Under the pieces are notes generated by a model. It was not told the DNA's origin. It ran no database searches and saw only the letters and a list, made by a program, of their open reading frames with translations. Of a stretch of DNA of 64,000 nucleotides, positions 48,588 to 59,764 are shown in pieces. The first letter of the stretch is position 1; each line of letters starts with the position of its first letter. Origin of the DNA: Oscillospiraceae bacterium (GTDB taxonomy: Bacteria > Bacillota > Clostridia > Oscillospirales > UBA929); assembly GCA_009777255.1 (NCBI GenBank), contig WRMG01000002.1, positions 2,105 through 66,104 of the forward strand. Reading direction: 5' to 3'. A program made the translations under genes and the position numbers.

Positions 48588-49384
48588 GTATTATGATACC
48601 TAAAACCATCCACTACTGCTGGTTCGGCGGCAGCCCGTTCCCCCCTCTGGTCGAGAGGTGCATGGCGAGCTGGAAAAAGCACTGCCCCGGCTGGGAGATC
48701 ATCGAGTGGAACGAATCCAATTATGACGTGACCAAAAACGAGTATATGCGCGAAGCGCACACGGCGAAAAAGTGGGGCTTTGTGCCCGATTACGCGCGGC
48801 TGGATATTGTCTATAGCCACGGCGGGATTTATTTGGACACAGATGTAGAGCTGCTCAAAAATTTAGATGCTCTGTTGACAAACAAGGCCTTTATGGGTCT
48901 CGAGGATAAAAAATATGTCGCTATCGGTTTGGGATTCGGCGCGGTAAAAGGGCATGAGACGATAAAAGCGTTAAGAGATTGCTATGACTCTATGCGTTTC
49001 ATAAACGACGACGGTTCATATAACATGCTTCCAAGTCCGGCAATTCAAACAGAATGCCTGCGAAAAGTCGGGGGGGGGCATAAAAAGGCAATAAAAAGCA
49101 ATAAAATACAGACAATCGCCGATATTACAATTTATCCCGCCGAGTATTTCGCTCCTAAACATTGGATTGTTCAAAAAACGAATATAACGCCTAATACTTA
49201 CAGTATACACCATTACGCCGCCTCTTGGCATGATGACAACATGCGGGCCAGGGTGGAATATCAGTCCAAACTGAGCAGATATGTCGGCACGCATTTAGCT
49301 CTGTTAATATCGGCGATAAAATATTACGGCTGGAAAGAGACGATGAAAAAAGTGAAAAAGCGCCTGTGTCAGATAAATCGTTAA
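48584..49384 (+). CDS. GT32-like glycosyltransferase (DXD sugar-binding region)
   Basis: IPKTIHYCWFGG, YARLDIVYSHGGIYLDTDVE. ATGA-type overlap with the GT2 gene. Confidence 0.7.
   Translation: MSIMIPKTIHYCWFGGSPFPPLVERCMASWKKHCPGWEIIEWNESNYDVTKNEYMREAHTAKKWGFVPDYARLDIVYSHGGIYLDTDVELLKNLDALLTNKAFMGLEDKKYVAIGLGFGAVKGHETIKALRDCYDSMRFINDDGSYNMLPSPAIQTECLRKVGGGHKKAIKSNKIQTIADITIYPAEYFAPKHWIVQKTNITPNTYSIHHYAASWHDDNMRARVEYQSKLSRYVGTHLALLISAIKYYGWKETMKKVKKRLCQINR
49070..49078 (+). repeat. Poly-G(9) homopolymer inside the GT32 CDS
   Basis: Nine consecutive G read as GGG GGG GGG (codons 163-165). The tract sits in AT-rich surroundings. Confidence 0.95.
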
Positions 49385-50373
49385 CCGAATACATCACGCG
49401 GCGGCGTTATCACGGGCTGTATCTGTCGCGGCGGATCTCCGACATTACCGCTTTATCGCGCGAGCTGCTCGGGCTGCATTGCTGGTTTCACCGCAATGTA
49501 GTTTTTTCCGCGCTCATCCGCGGCGCGGACATATCAGGCTGGAAATCCGCGCTGACAAAGACCTGGCTCTACCGCGGAACACTGCACGGCGCGGTATACG
49601 ACGAGCTGCCGCGGCTGCTCGCCCTGCGCGGCGGCGAACCGTGGCTCAGCCGTTTTTACAGCGAACAGATGTTATCGGACATCGCGGACAAAGTAATAGC
49701 CTGCATGGAGGACGGCGTACATTCGCGTGCCGAGATGCGGAAGATATTCGCTTACGAATATGAACCAAAGGTGATCGACGCCATGTTTTCGCCGTGGGGC
49801 GGCATCTTTGTTCACCTGGCGAGTCTGGGCAAGGTCGCCTTCAAGGACATGACGAGCCGCGATTTCGACTTGATCGACGCGGAGCCATCGGAAACGGCGG
49901 CGGATGTTCTGCCGGAAACGCTTCGCAGATACTTCGAGGCATACGGCCCCGCGACGCTTGACGACGCGGCGTGGTTTTTCGGGCTGGGACGGGACTATAA
50001 AAAGACTTTACGTGACCTTGCGTCCGGCGGTTACGACTGCTTCGAGCTTGACGGCAGAGTATATTATCATTGCGGAGAGGCTGACGGCATGGGCGATATT
50101 CCCGAGCTTAACCTGCTGTCGGGCTTTGATCCGGTCATCGTGTCCTATACGGAGCGGAGCGCCGTTCTGCCCGCCGAATATAAGCGCGATGTCATTCTCA
50201 AATCGGGCATCTGTCTGCCGACCGTCGCGGTGAACGGCAAAATTGCCGGGCTGTGGAACATAAAAAAAGGCGAGCCTGTGGTTGAGTTTTTCAAAAAGCA
50301 GCCGAAGCGCATAGAATCCGCCGCGCTCGAGCTGGCGGACAATATCCGCTGGCACACCGCCGGCAGACTGTAG
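49366..50373 (+). CDS. Winged-helix HTH_42 (YcaQ/AlkZ-like) family protein
   Basis: The C-terminal block LLSGFDPVIVSY...LPTVAVNGKIAGLW resembles the YcaQ family. GTG start overlaps the GT32 end. Confidence 0.55.
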   Translation: MSDKSLTEYITRRRYHGLYLSRRISDITALSRELLGLHCWFHRNVVFSALIRGADISGWKSALTKTWLYRGTLHGAVYDELPRLLALRGGEPWLSRFYSEQMLSDIADKVIACMEDGVHSRAEMRKIFAYEYEPKVIDAMFSPWGGIFVHLASLGKVAFKDMTSRDFDLIDAEPSETAADVLPETLRRYFEAYGPATLDDAAWFFGLGRDYKKTLRDLASGGYDCFELDGRVYYHCGEADGMGDIPELNLLSGFDPVIVSYTERSAVLPAEYKRDVILKSGICLPTVAVNGKIAGLWNIKKGEPVVEFFKKQPKRIESAALELADNIRWHTAGRL

Positions 50374-50467
50374 CGGCTGATTTTATCGGCTGTATCATGT
50401 TAATACGATTGTTTATAGGGATATAAGGGTAACGCAGAAAATTTATATTAGTTGGTGAAACATAAAG

Positions 50468-50659
50468 ATGGATAGCTATACAAAAAACGATTTAGAAGAA
50501 GCCATCAAGGCTATATCTTCAACCATAAGTAAATGTGAGAAAGCATTTGAAAAACTGAAAAAAGGCACATCTTCACACACGCTGACAAAAAGACGAATTA
50601 AAGCGTTATACATTTCAATCTCATTGATTGAAAAAGAATTATCTAATATCACCGAATAA
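50468..50659 (+). CDS. Small helical protein, unknown function
   Basis: 63 aa, AT-rich and Lys/Glu-rich. Confidence 0.35.
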   Translation: MDSYTKNDLEEAIKAISSTISKCEKAFEKLKKGTSSHTLTKRRIKALYISISLIEKELSNITE

Positions 50660-50671
50660 GCATTTTCTCTA

Positions 50672-50700
50672 TTGACAAAAGCCTAAATATAGAGTATATT
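50672..50700 (+). promoter_or_regulatory. Putative promoter of the FIST/kinase operon
   Basis: TTGACA, a 17-nt spacer and TATATT. Confidence 0.45.
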
Positions 50701-50741
50701 AGAGCTAATAAGTCAACATATGGATAATAAGAGAAAGTAAT

Positions 50742-50975
50742 ATGAGAGGACGGAACGCCATGATAGTTACGCCGCAGCAAGCCGAAAAACTTTTATGCGG
50801 AAACCAGTCATTTTCACAGCTGGGGTTTTCCATGATGGTTACTCGGCTAAAAACGCTCTACGCGAAAAACCCGTCACCGTCTACACTGCAAACCTGTGTT
50901 GCGGAAATCAACATATTCCTTGAAAAGTTCAAAATACTTATGGGCGCGGATTATGAAATCATCACAAATCTATAA
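50742..50975 (+). CDS. Small protein, unknown function
   Basis: 77 aa. An alternative ATG at 50760 has better spacing from GAGAGGA. It is the first gene after the promoter. Confidence 0.4.
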   Translation: MRGRNAMIVTPQQAEKLLCGNQSFSQLGFSMMVTRLKTLYAKNPSPSTLQTCVAEINIFLEKFKILMGADYEIITNL

Positions 50976-50986
50976 GGAGGGAGAAT

Positions 50987-51955
50987 ATGTTAATTACTTT
51001 AGAAGCGGCGTCAAAACTGATTGCTGACGGTAAGACGCTCCATATTGCGGGAACAGAGGCAATGCTCCGCAAGCTGCCGAAGGGAAATTGGATCGGCGGC
51101 TCTACCGAATATTTCATGACAAAGGACGGCGGCAGTATTTCAGGCGAGCTGCTGTTTGTTACGGAACTGCCGTATGAAACCGTTAAAATCAAATCATACG
51201 ACGCTCAGGAAATATCTCAAATAGCGGAGGACGCCTTTGACAGCGGGTTTTCAATCGTTATTATCCCCTTCGACAGCGCGGTTCACAAGGAGTACGCTCA
51301 AAACGCGCCGTCTTACGGCAAAATGTTTCTGAACGAAATTGTCGGATGGATAGCGGGCGTAAACCTCGGCATACCCGGCCAAACCCCAATAGCCGTCAAC
51401 GGGCTTAACGCGGAAGCGTTTGCCGATAAAGCCGTAGCCCTGCATATGCAAACGCCGGAGAACATAACGGTATCCATTAACATTATCAATATATTTGAAC
51501 AGGATATGGCTTCGCCTGTGCTTGAGTTTGAGGAGGAGGGCTTCCATGTCGCAAAATGCTTTGCGGACGGAAAAGAAACCGTATTCTCGGACTACTTAAC
51601 GGAAAACGCCGTAAACACAAAGCTCCCGCTTGTCGGCGACTACGCGGGCCACAGGGTCAATGTTTCCATCAAGTCGGTTGAAGACGGCGTTGTTAATCTC
51701 TACGCCCCTGTTTTCAACGGGATCAAATACCGCATGGCAAAGGATATAAAGGATTACGCCGCGGCGTTTCGTGCCCGCCTGAAAGGGATTAATGACGACG
51801 GCGCTGTGTTTTCCTGCAATTGCATTTTGAATTTCCTCTACGGCGAACTGGAGGGCAGAAGTATTGAAGCCTTTGCCGGCCCCATTACATTCGGGGAAAT
51901 CGCGTATCAGCTCGTCAATCAAACATTAGTATATGTAACCGAAAAGGAGAGATAA
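50987..51955 (+). CDS. FIST_C-like sensory protein (short paralog)
   Basis: Strong RBS AAGGAGGG. FIST_C-type tail (FSCNCILNFLYGELEG...PITFGEIAYQLVNQTLVYV). Confidence 0.5.
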   Translation: MLITLEAASKLIADGKTLHIAGTEAMLRKLPKGNWIGGSTEYFMTKDGGSISGELLFVTELPYETVKIKSYDAQEISQIAEDAFDSGFSIVIIPFDSAVHKEYAQNAPSYGKMFLNEIVGWIAGVNLGIPGQTPIAVNGLNAEAFADKAVALHMQTPENITVSINIINIFEQDMASPVLEFEEEGFHVAKCFADGKETVFSDYLTENAVNTKLPLVGDYAGHRVNVSIKSVEDGVVNLYAPVFNGIKYRMAKDIKDYAAAFRARLKGINDDGAVFSCNCILNFLYGELEGRSIEAFAGPITFGEIAYQLVNQTLVYVTEKER

Positions 51956-51958
51956 ACT

Positions 51959-53139
51959 ATGATCAAGTCATTTATGATCAACATTACCGAAATCGACGAC
52001 ACGGAGTTTGCGCTGGAGGAACTCGAAAGCCAATTGTCCGCTCAGGAACTGCTAAAAAACACCGTGGGTATAGCGACCGTAAACACCGAGTTTCTGAACA
52101 GCGGCGTATATACGGGAGTAGTAAACGCGCTTCCGTTTCCGGTTCTGGGCATGTCCGCCTATTCGCAGAACGCGAACGGAAATACGGGAATATTCCTGTT
52201 TTCCATAATGGTTTTAACCTCCGATACCTGCGAGTTTGCCCACGGCGTAAGCGAGGTCATTCCCGAAGCGGGCGACGTAACCGCTCTCACGCAGGATCTG
52301 TATAAGAAAATCAGCGTCTCCCTCGAAAGCCGCGCCAAAGTCGCGTTTTTATATGCGCCGTTTCTGCCTCAGCAATGCCCTTATAATTACTTGCAGTCAC
52401 TGTCGGAGCTGGATGCGTCGCTGCCGGTATTCGGTTCCATCGCCTCGTGCGAGGTGACGAAAATGGGAGTCGAAGAACGCAGCCTTTACGGCGGCGCCGC
52501 TTATAAAGACCGGCTGGTGATGCTGCTTGCCGCGGGGGATGTATCGCCCCGGTTTTACATCGGCTCCATAACAAAAGAGTCTGTTATAATGCCTGATATA
52601 GGCGAAGTAACCGCCGCTAAGGATAACATCGTCATGGAGGTAAACAATACCAAGGTTGACGTCGCCTTTAAGAAAATAGGCTTTGAAGACGGCGCGATTA
52701 AAGACGCCGGAGCGATAACGCTTGTCTTTATTGCGGAAGAGAAGGACAGCGGCGGCAATGTCATTTCCGCCACCGCGAGATCTCTTTATGTGGTAGACGA
52801 CGGTATCGCCGCCTTCGGCGGACGGATGGCTGTCGGTTCAACCTTGTCGGTCGCCGCTACCACGAAAGAGGTTATCCTGGAAACAGGGAGAGATGTCCTG
52901 TCACAAATAAAGTCTGAACACCATGACAAGGCGGTGCTGTTATACTCGTGCTTGGGCCGGCAAATCGCCCTGCTGGGCGAGCCCATGGCGGAATACGATT
53001 TTATCGGCGAAGAGTTTCAGGGCAGCGGCTTTACTTATGTTATGGCGGCGTCCGGCGGCGAGCTGTGCCCCACATCGTTAACGGAAGCCAAAGCGTACAA
53101 CAGCGAGCATAACCAAACACTGATTGCCTGTGTCTTATA

Positions 53140-53140
<1 letters not shown>
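51959..53140 (+). CDS. FIST-domain sensory protein (NosP-like size and architecture)
   Basis: 393 aa with a FIST_C-type tail ([14 protein letters not shown]...ASGGELCP...[11 protein letters not shown]). It overlaps the kinase start by 1 nt. Confidence 0.55.
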
Positions 53141-55788
<2,648 letters not shown>

Positions 55789-55825
55789 AGCTATGAAAAT
55801 ATTAAATTCGACTAAAACATAACTT

Positions 55826-55852
55826 AACCCCTGCGCAAGCAGGGGTTCTTGT
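55826..55852 (+). terminator. Intrinsic terminator after the kinase gene
   Basis: Stem aacccctgc / gcaggggtt with loop gcaa, followed by cttgtt. Confidence 0.6.
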
Positions 55853-55884
55853 TGCAATTACTTGAATTTTCATCCAATTCAATA

Positions 55885-56361
55885 TCAGGTTTCCATAATC
55901 TCCCGCCATAACCCCAGCTTCGCCTCAAACGACAGCCTCGCGTTGGCGGGACTGCTGGACGGCAGCACATTACGCTCAATCGCCCCTATACCGCGCCGAT
56001 AAAACACATAGGCATTGTTCCCGTTGAACAGCACCCTCTCAATCCCACGCTCCGCTACGAACTCCGGCAGCTCTGTGTTATAGACCGGATTTCGTATCCC
56101 CGAATCCAGCGCGCCCTCCGGCTCACACTCGGCAATCACATCCCATATCGCAACGCCGTTTGCGAACAGCACGGCCTTTTTCCGCTCATAATCCGACCGG
56201 TCAAACGGCGCCGAAAACACGCCGAACAGCAACCGCCAGAACTGGTTGCGCGGATTACCGTAATATTCCCCGCATTCCCGCGACAGAGTGCTTGGAAAGG
56301 TCCCGAGGATCAAAGTTCGTGGTTTATCCCCGCACAGCGGCGGAAATGCTCGACTTGACAT
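55885..56361 (-). CDS. UDG-superfamily DNA-deoxyinosine (hypoxanthine) glycosylase-like protein
   Basis: 158 aa starting at the ATG at 56361. Motifs LILGTFPS and YYGNPRNQFW. The upstream part of the long ORF in the track is antisense to the VOC gene. Confidence 0.7.
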   Translation of the reverse strand: MSSRAFPPLCGDKPRTLILGTFPSTLSRECGEYYGNPRNQFWRLLFGVFSAPFDRSDYERKKAVLFANGVAIWDVIAECEPEGALDSGIRNPVYNTELPEFVAERGIERVLFNGNNAYVFYRRGIGAIERNVLPSSSPANARLSFEAKLGLWREIMET

Positions 56362-56508
56362 AGAAACCTCCTGCCGGATATTCTTCTTCCCCGTACGGCG
56401 CGGCATCCCTGACGCGCCGCGTGAAATGTATCGCGCGGTTTGTCTGTAGGGGCGGTATGCTTGCCCGCGCCAAAACGGCGCGGACTTGATGTTTTTCTGC
56501 GCGCTCAG

Positions 56509-56537
56509 TTGAAACACCTGCGGCGGTGTGATATACT
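56509..56537 (+). promoter_or_regulatory. Putative promoter of the VOC gene
   Basis: TTGAAA, a 17-nt spacer and TATACT, with an extended -10 TG (TGATATACT). Confidence 0.5.
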
Positions 56538-56586
56538 CATGCAAACAAACAGCAATTTCTACACTATTTGAAAGCGAGAGGTTTAC

Positions 56587-57405
56587 ATGACATCGACCTT
56601 TACCGTCGGCGACCTCATGATCGACTGTGCAGACGCCGAACGCACCCGCGATTTTTATGCCATCCTTATGAGCTGGGAGAAAACAGTTTCTTTTGGCTGT
56701 CCCGCGCTTAAAACTGACAACGGCATGACGGTTCTGTTTGCGAAAACCGATATTCCGTATGTGCCGCCCGTATGGCCCGAAGAGCCCGGCAAGCAGCAAA
56801 AGCAAATGCACTTGGATTTTACAGTTGACGATTTGCCGTCTGCCGTGGAGAAAGCCATTGGCCTCGGCGCGGCCAAACCCGCCGCGCAATACGGCGGCGA
56901 CTGTCATGTCACAATGCTGGATCCGGACGGGCGCCCGTTCTGCCTGTGTAAGCGGCCGCAAGAGAAAAACGAGTTTGTTTTATACTATGAAAAGATGGGC
57001 TATGGCGCAATTCCAGACGTTTCCATTAATATTGATTGCAAATATTCGGAAACGCTGCGCGGGTTTTACGCACAATTAACAGGCTGGGATCAGGGTTTTC
57101 ATTGTACGGCGTTAATTGACAGCAATAAAATGGTCGTCCACTTTATGGGATGTGACGGCGACTTCGATTATATTCCGCCCGTATGGCCCGAGGAGCCCGG
57201 CAGGCAGCAAAAGCAAATGCACTTCAATTTCCAAGTGGACGATTTGCCGTCTGCCGTGGAGAAAGCCCTTGGCCTCGGCGCGGCCAAACCCGCCGCGCAA
57301 TACGGCGGCGGGCATTTTGTCACGCTGCTTGATACTGAAGGGCATCCGTTTTGCCTGTGCGCTGACGGTGAGATTATCCCGCAATCAACCTCTGCCAATC
57401 AATAA
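56587..57405 (+). CDS. Two-module VOC (glyoxalase/bleomycin-resistance fold) protein
   Basis: Two tandem modules, each ending PPVWPEEPG(K/R)QQKQMH..DDLPSAVEKA.GLGAAKPAAQYGG...PFCLC. Confidence 0.7.
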   Translation: MTSTFTVGDLMIDCADAERTRDFYAILMSWEKTVSFGCPALKTDNGMTVLFAKTDIPYVPPVWPEEPGKQQKQMHLDFTVDDLPSAVEKAIGLGAAKPAAQYGGDCHVTMLDPDGRPFCLCKRPQEKNEFVLYYEKMGYGAIPDVSINIDCKYSETLRGFYAQLTGWDQGFHCTALIDSNKMVVHFMGCDGDFDYIPPVWPEEPGRQQKQMHFNFQVDDLPSAVEKALGLGAAKPAAQYGGGHFVTLLDTEGHPFCLCADGEIIPQSTSANQ

Positions 57406-58237
57406 ACATCAGCTGGTCGCCGCCGGTCACATCCCAGCATTCCCGCGCGAACGGCGCGAAAACATTGTCCGGTTTCGGGGGCGCGGCATATCCGATTTTT
57501 GACTGGAAAATGGTGGAAATGTCCAAGTCGTCAATCGGCACGGCGCATATGCCGTCTATATCTCCGAGATAGCTCGTGCCCTCCGGCCGGATAACCATAA
57601 CGGTTTGCATATCAAGTCCCTCATAAGGCAGATTGAATCGTTTATAGAGATTAAGGTTCGGCATTTTCTTTCCTCTGGGGCTAAGTGTATCGCCTTGCGC
57701 GTCAGCCTTACGGATGCCATACAAAACCTCCATTATATTCGCGGCGTTTTCAACAAGCGGTATCCCGCCGATTGAAAAGCGGAAAAAGAAATCTGTACTG
57801 CCCGTGGATTTCAGCGGGGATGTTATTTCCGGCAAAACAAAGGGCTTCTCCCACACCCGCGTATCCGCGAGCGCGCTGATTTCATATGCCAGCCTGCGCA
57901 AGTCCTCCGCTAAAACGGCTATGCTTTTGTTGATCGACATATCGCTGATGACCGGATTGACGCGCAGCATCTCAATCATGGTGTTGACGGCCAAAAACCC
58001 TGTCATCAACGCAAAATCAGCAACACCCTTAAAATCATCCGCGCCCGCGTTTTCAAACTTTGCCTTTGCCGTGTAGTCAAACAGTCTGTTGGCAAGCGTC
58101 CGCGCCTCCTCCGCGACGACCGCGTAGCCGCGCCCGAAGTGACCGGATCTTCCCGCCTCCTGCGCGAACCCCAGGGATAATGTCCACGCCTTCTGCGCGT
58201 ATTGCTCGCACAGCCATATTTTTTTCTCACTTGTCAT
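57374..58237 (-). CDS. Fusion protein: MCP signalling hairpin-tip segment plus CheW-like domain
   Basis: N-terminus QEAGRSGHFGRGYAVVAEEARTLANR compares to the MCP tip EAARAGEQGRGFAVVAxEVRxLAxRS. The C-terminal half aligns by eye with CheW (FFFRFSIGGIPLVENAANIMEVL; VMVIRPEG...ICAVPIDDLDI; LMFIDWQRLI). ATG at 58237 lies 8 nt after GGAGG. Confidence 0.6.
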   Translation of the reverse strand: MTSEKKIWLCEQYAQKAWTLSLGFAQEAGRSGHFGRGYAVVAEEARTLANRLFDYTAKAKFENAGADDFKGVADFALMTGFLAVNTMIEMLRVNPVISDMSINKSIAVLAEDLRRLAYEISALADTRVWEKPFVLPEITSPLKSTGSTDFFFRFSIGGIPLVENAANIMEVLYGIRKADAQGDTLSPRGKKMPNLNLYKRFNLPYEGLDMQTVMVIRPEGTSYLGDIDGICAVPIDDLDISTIFQSKIGYAAPPKPDNVFAPFARECWDVTGGDQLMFIDWQRLIAG

Positions 58238-58769
58238 TGTTAAGACCTCCATAATAATATTTGGGAATACGGTAGTTAAAATATTTCGCAAGCGTCGGCC
58301 GCAGCTTTTCCAGCGCCCTGCGATGATGAGAAAGTATCGTGTTTAGATTGATCCCGTGACGTTCGCTGATCTCCCGAAACGTAAATTCGCCGTAATACCG
58401 CTCGCGGATAACTATTTGCTCAATTTGCTTGAGCGTTTGCAGGGATTGCAGAATCAGCGCGGTGTCCTCAGCGTTTTCAATTTCGCGTGCAAAGCTGTCC
58501 TCGTCAATCAACGGCGCGGTCAAATCAAAGCTCACCGTGATCCCGCTGTCAATATCGTTTCGGTGAAACACTTTATAAGCCGCTCGAATACACGCCACGG
58601 ACATATACCCGAAGTTATATTGATCGGTATTGAACCCGGGCGATTTCATCACGTCAAGAAACGCCTGATTTACAATCTCATCCGCCGCGTCCGTGATATT
58701 ATGCCTTGTATAAAACTTCTTCCTGATATATGAAACCAGCTCCGCTCTCAGGCTCTCAAGGTTATCCAA
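58227..58769 (-). CDS. Sigma-70 family (ECF-like) RNA polymerase sigma factor
   Basis: Region 2 (IVNQAFLDVMKS...) and region 4 HTH (FTFREISERHGINLNTILSHHRRALEKLR). TTG start after GGGGGAGG. Confidence 0.8.
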   Translation of the reverse strand: MDNLESLRAELVSYIRKKFYTRHNITDAADEIVNQAFLDVMKSPGFNTDQYNFGYMSVACIRAAYKVFHRNDIDSGITVSFDLTAPLIDEDSFAREIENAEDTALILQSLQTLKQIEQIVIRERYYGEFTFREISERHGINLNTILSHHRRALEKLRPTLAKYFNYRIPKYYYGGLNNDK

Positions 58770-59062
58770 TCAACCTCCCCCTTGTCTTTGTCTGATAGGC
58801 CCATCACTGTATAAAGGCGTTTAAGTGTCCGTTTTATTGCAATCTTACAAAGAATTCCGCAAGGCATATCGCGTCAAGAAACGCCCGTTTTACAATCCCG
58901 CCCGCCGCGCCCGTGGTATTATGCCTTGTGTAAAACTTCTTCCTGATATATGAAACCAGCTTCGCCCTCAGGTTCTCAAGGTTATCCAATCAACCTCCCC
59001 CTCGCCTTTTTGTCTGACGGCCCGTCACTGTATAAAGGCGTTTTGAGTTCGGTTTTATTGCA
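58652..59062. repeat. Tandem direct duplication (about 190 bp x2) of the sigma gene 5' end plus its upstream region
   Basis: 58652-58841 and 58872-59062 align at an offset of 220 nt with scattered mismatches. Both copies contain the GGGGGAGG RBS and the TTG start. Confidence 0.85.
58834..58989 (-). pseudogene. Truncated duplicate of the sigma factor N-terminus (51-codon ORF)
   Basis: It translates to MDNLENLRAKLVSYIRKKFYTRHNTTGAAGGIVKRAFLDA..., compared with MDNLESLRAELVSYIRKKFYTRHNITDAADEIVNQAFLDV for the full gene. It ends at a TAA inside the upstream region of copy 1. Confidence 0.5.
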
Positions 59063-59065
59063 GCG

Positions 59066-59094
59066 ATTATAACATAAAAAGAATTTTTTGTGAA
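59066..59094 (-). promoter_or_regulatory. Putative promoter upstream of the duplicated sigma leader
   Basis: Minus strand reads TTCACA, a 17-nt spacer and TATAAT, with an extended -10 (TGTTATAAT). Confidence 0.45.
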
Positions 59095-59097
59095 CAG

Positions 59098-59126
59098 AAA
59101 AAAACCTCCCGACAGGGAGATTTTTT
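59098..59126 (-). terminator. Terminator of the heptad-repeat gene
   Basis: Minus strand shows the hairpin tctccc-tgtc-gggagg followed by T7. The plus strand has a symmetrical T6. Confidence 0.5.
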
Positions 59127-59144
59127 ATGTAATGCCGTTTGGGC

Positions 59145-59726
59145 TTACCTGAGCGGGACGTTTACTATGTGTTCCACGCGGTCGGCCCAGTCAATCAAGG
59201 CGTTTGTTCCGCTGCGGACTTCCTCCAGAGAATCCTTAATGTCGGCTATGTCGTCTTTCATATCGACAATTTCCCGTTTAATGACGGTGACGTCTTGCTT
59301 GAGGCCCGCGACGTCTTGTTTTAGGACGGTAATTTCTTGCTTAATGCCAACAATGTCCTGTTTAAGGCCCGCGACATCTTGTTTAACATCAGCGACGTCT
59401 TGCTTAATATCGGCAACCTCTTGCTTAAGGACTTCGACATCTTGCTTAACATCAGCGACATCTTGCTTAACATCAGCGACGTCCTGTTTGAGGACCGTGA
59501 CATCTTGCTTAACATCGGCGACGTCCTGTTTAACATCAGCGACATCTTGTTTAACATCAGCGACATCTTGTTTAACATCAGCGACGTCTTGCTTAAGGCC
59601 CGCGACGTCTTGCCTAATATCGGTGACATCTTGTTTAATGTCGGCGACGTCGGTTTCCAGTCTTTCCTGCCCTTGTTTTAAGCCCTTTAATTCTGTAAGT
59701 ATCTGAACCAGAATCTCATTTTCCAC
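59145..59726 (-). CDS. Coiled-coil protein built from 20 consecutive heptads (consensus DVADVKQ)
   Basis: 193 aa. Residues 26-165 form an uninterrupted heptad array with V/I/L at positions 2 and 5. GTG start. The gene has its own promoter and terminator. Confidence 0.65.
   Translation of the reverse strand: MENEILVQILTELKGLKQGQERLETDVADIKQDVTDIRQDVAGLKQDVADVKQDVADVKQDVADVKQDVADVKQDVTVLKQDVADVKQDVADVKQDVEVLKQEVADIKQDVADVKQDVAGLKQDIVGIKQEITVLKQDVAGLKQDVTVIKREIVDMKDDIADIKDSLEEVRSGTNALIDWADRVEHIVNVPLR
59232..59651 (-). repeat. 21-bp tandem repeat array (coding)
   Basis: Twenty in-frame 21-nt units. Several adjacent units are near-identical (gacgt(c/t)gctgatgttaa(a/g)caa type). Confidence 0.85.
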
Positions 59727-59764
59727 TTAGTGCAACCCCTTCCCCCTGTTAATCTTGTACAGAT

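Noticed and set aside
59167-59706. Plus-strand ORFs through the 21-bp repeat array (SATSCLT-type repeats), and the possibility that the array is a CRISPR-like or non-coding satellite
   Set aside because: The units are contiguous with no spacers, so this is not a CRISPR array. Only the minus-strand frame gives an amphipathic heptad with a start codon, promoter and terminator. The other frames are repeat-induced artefacts.
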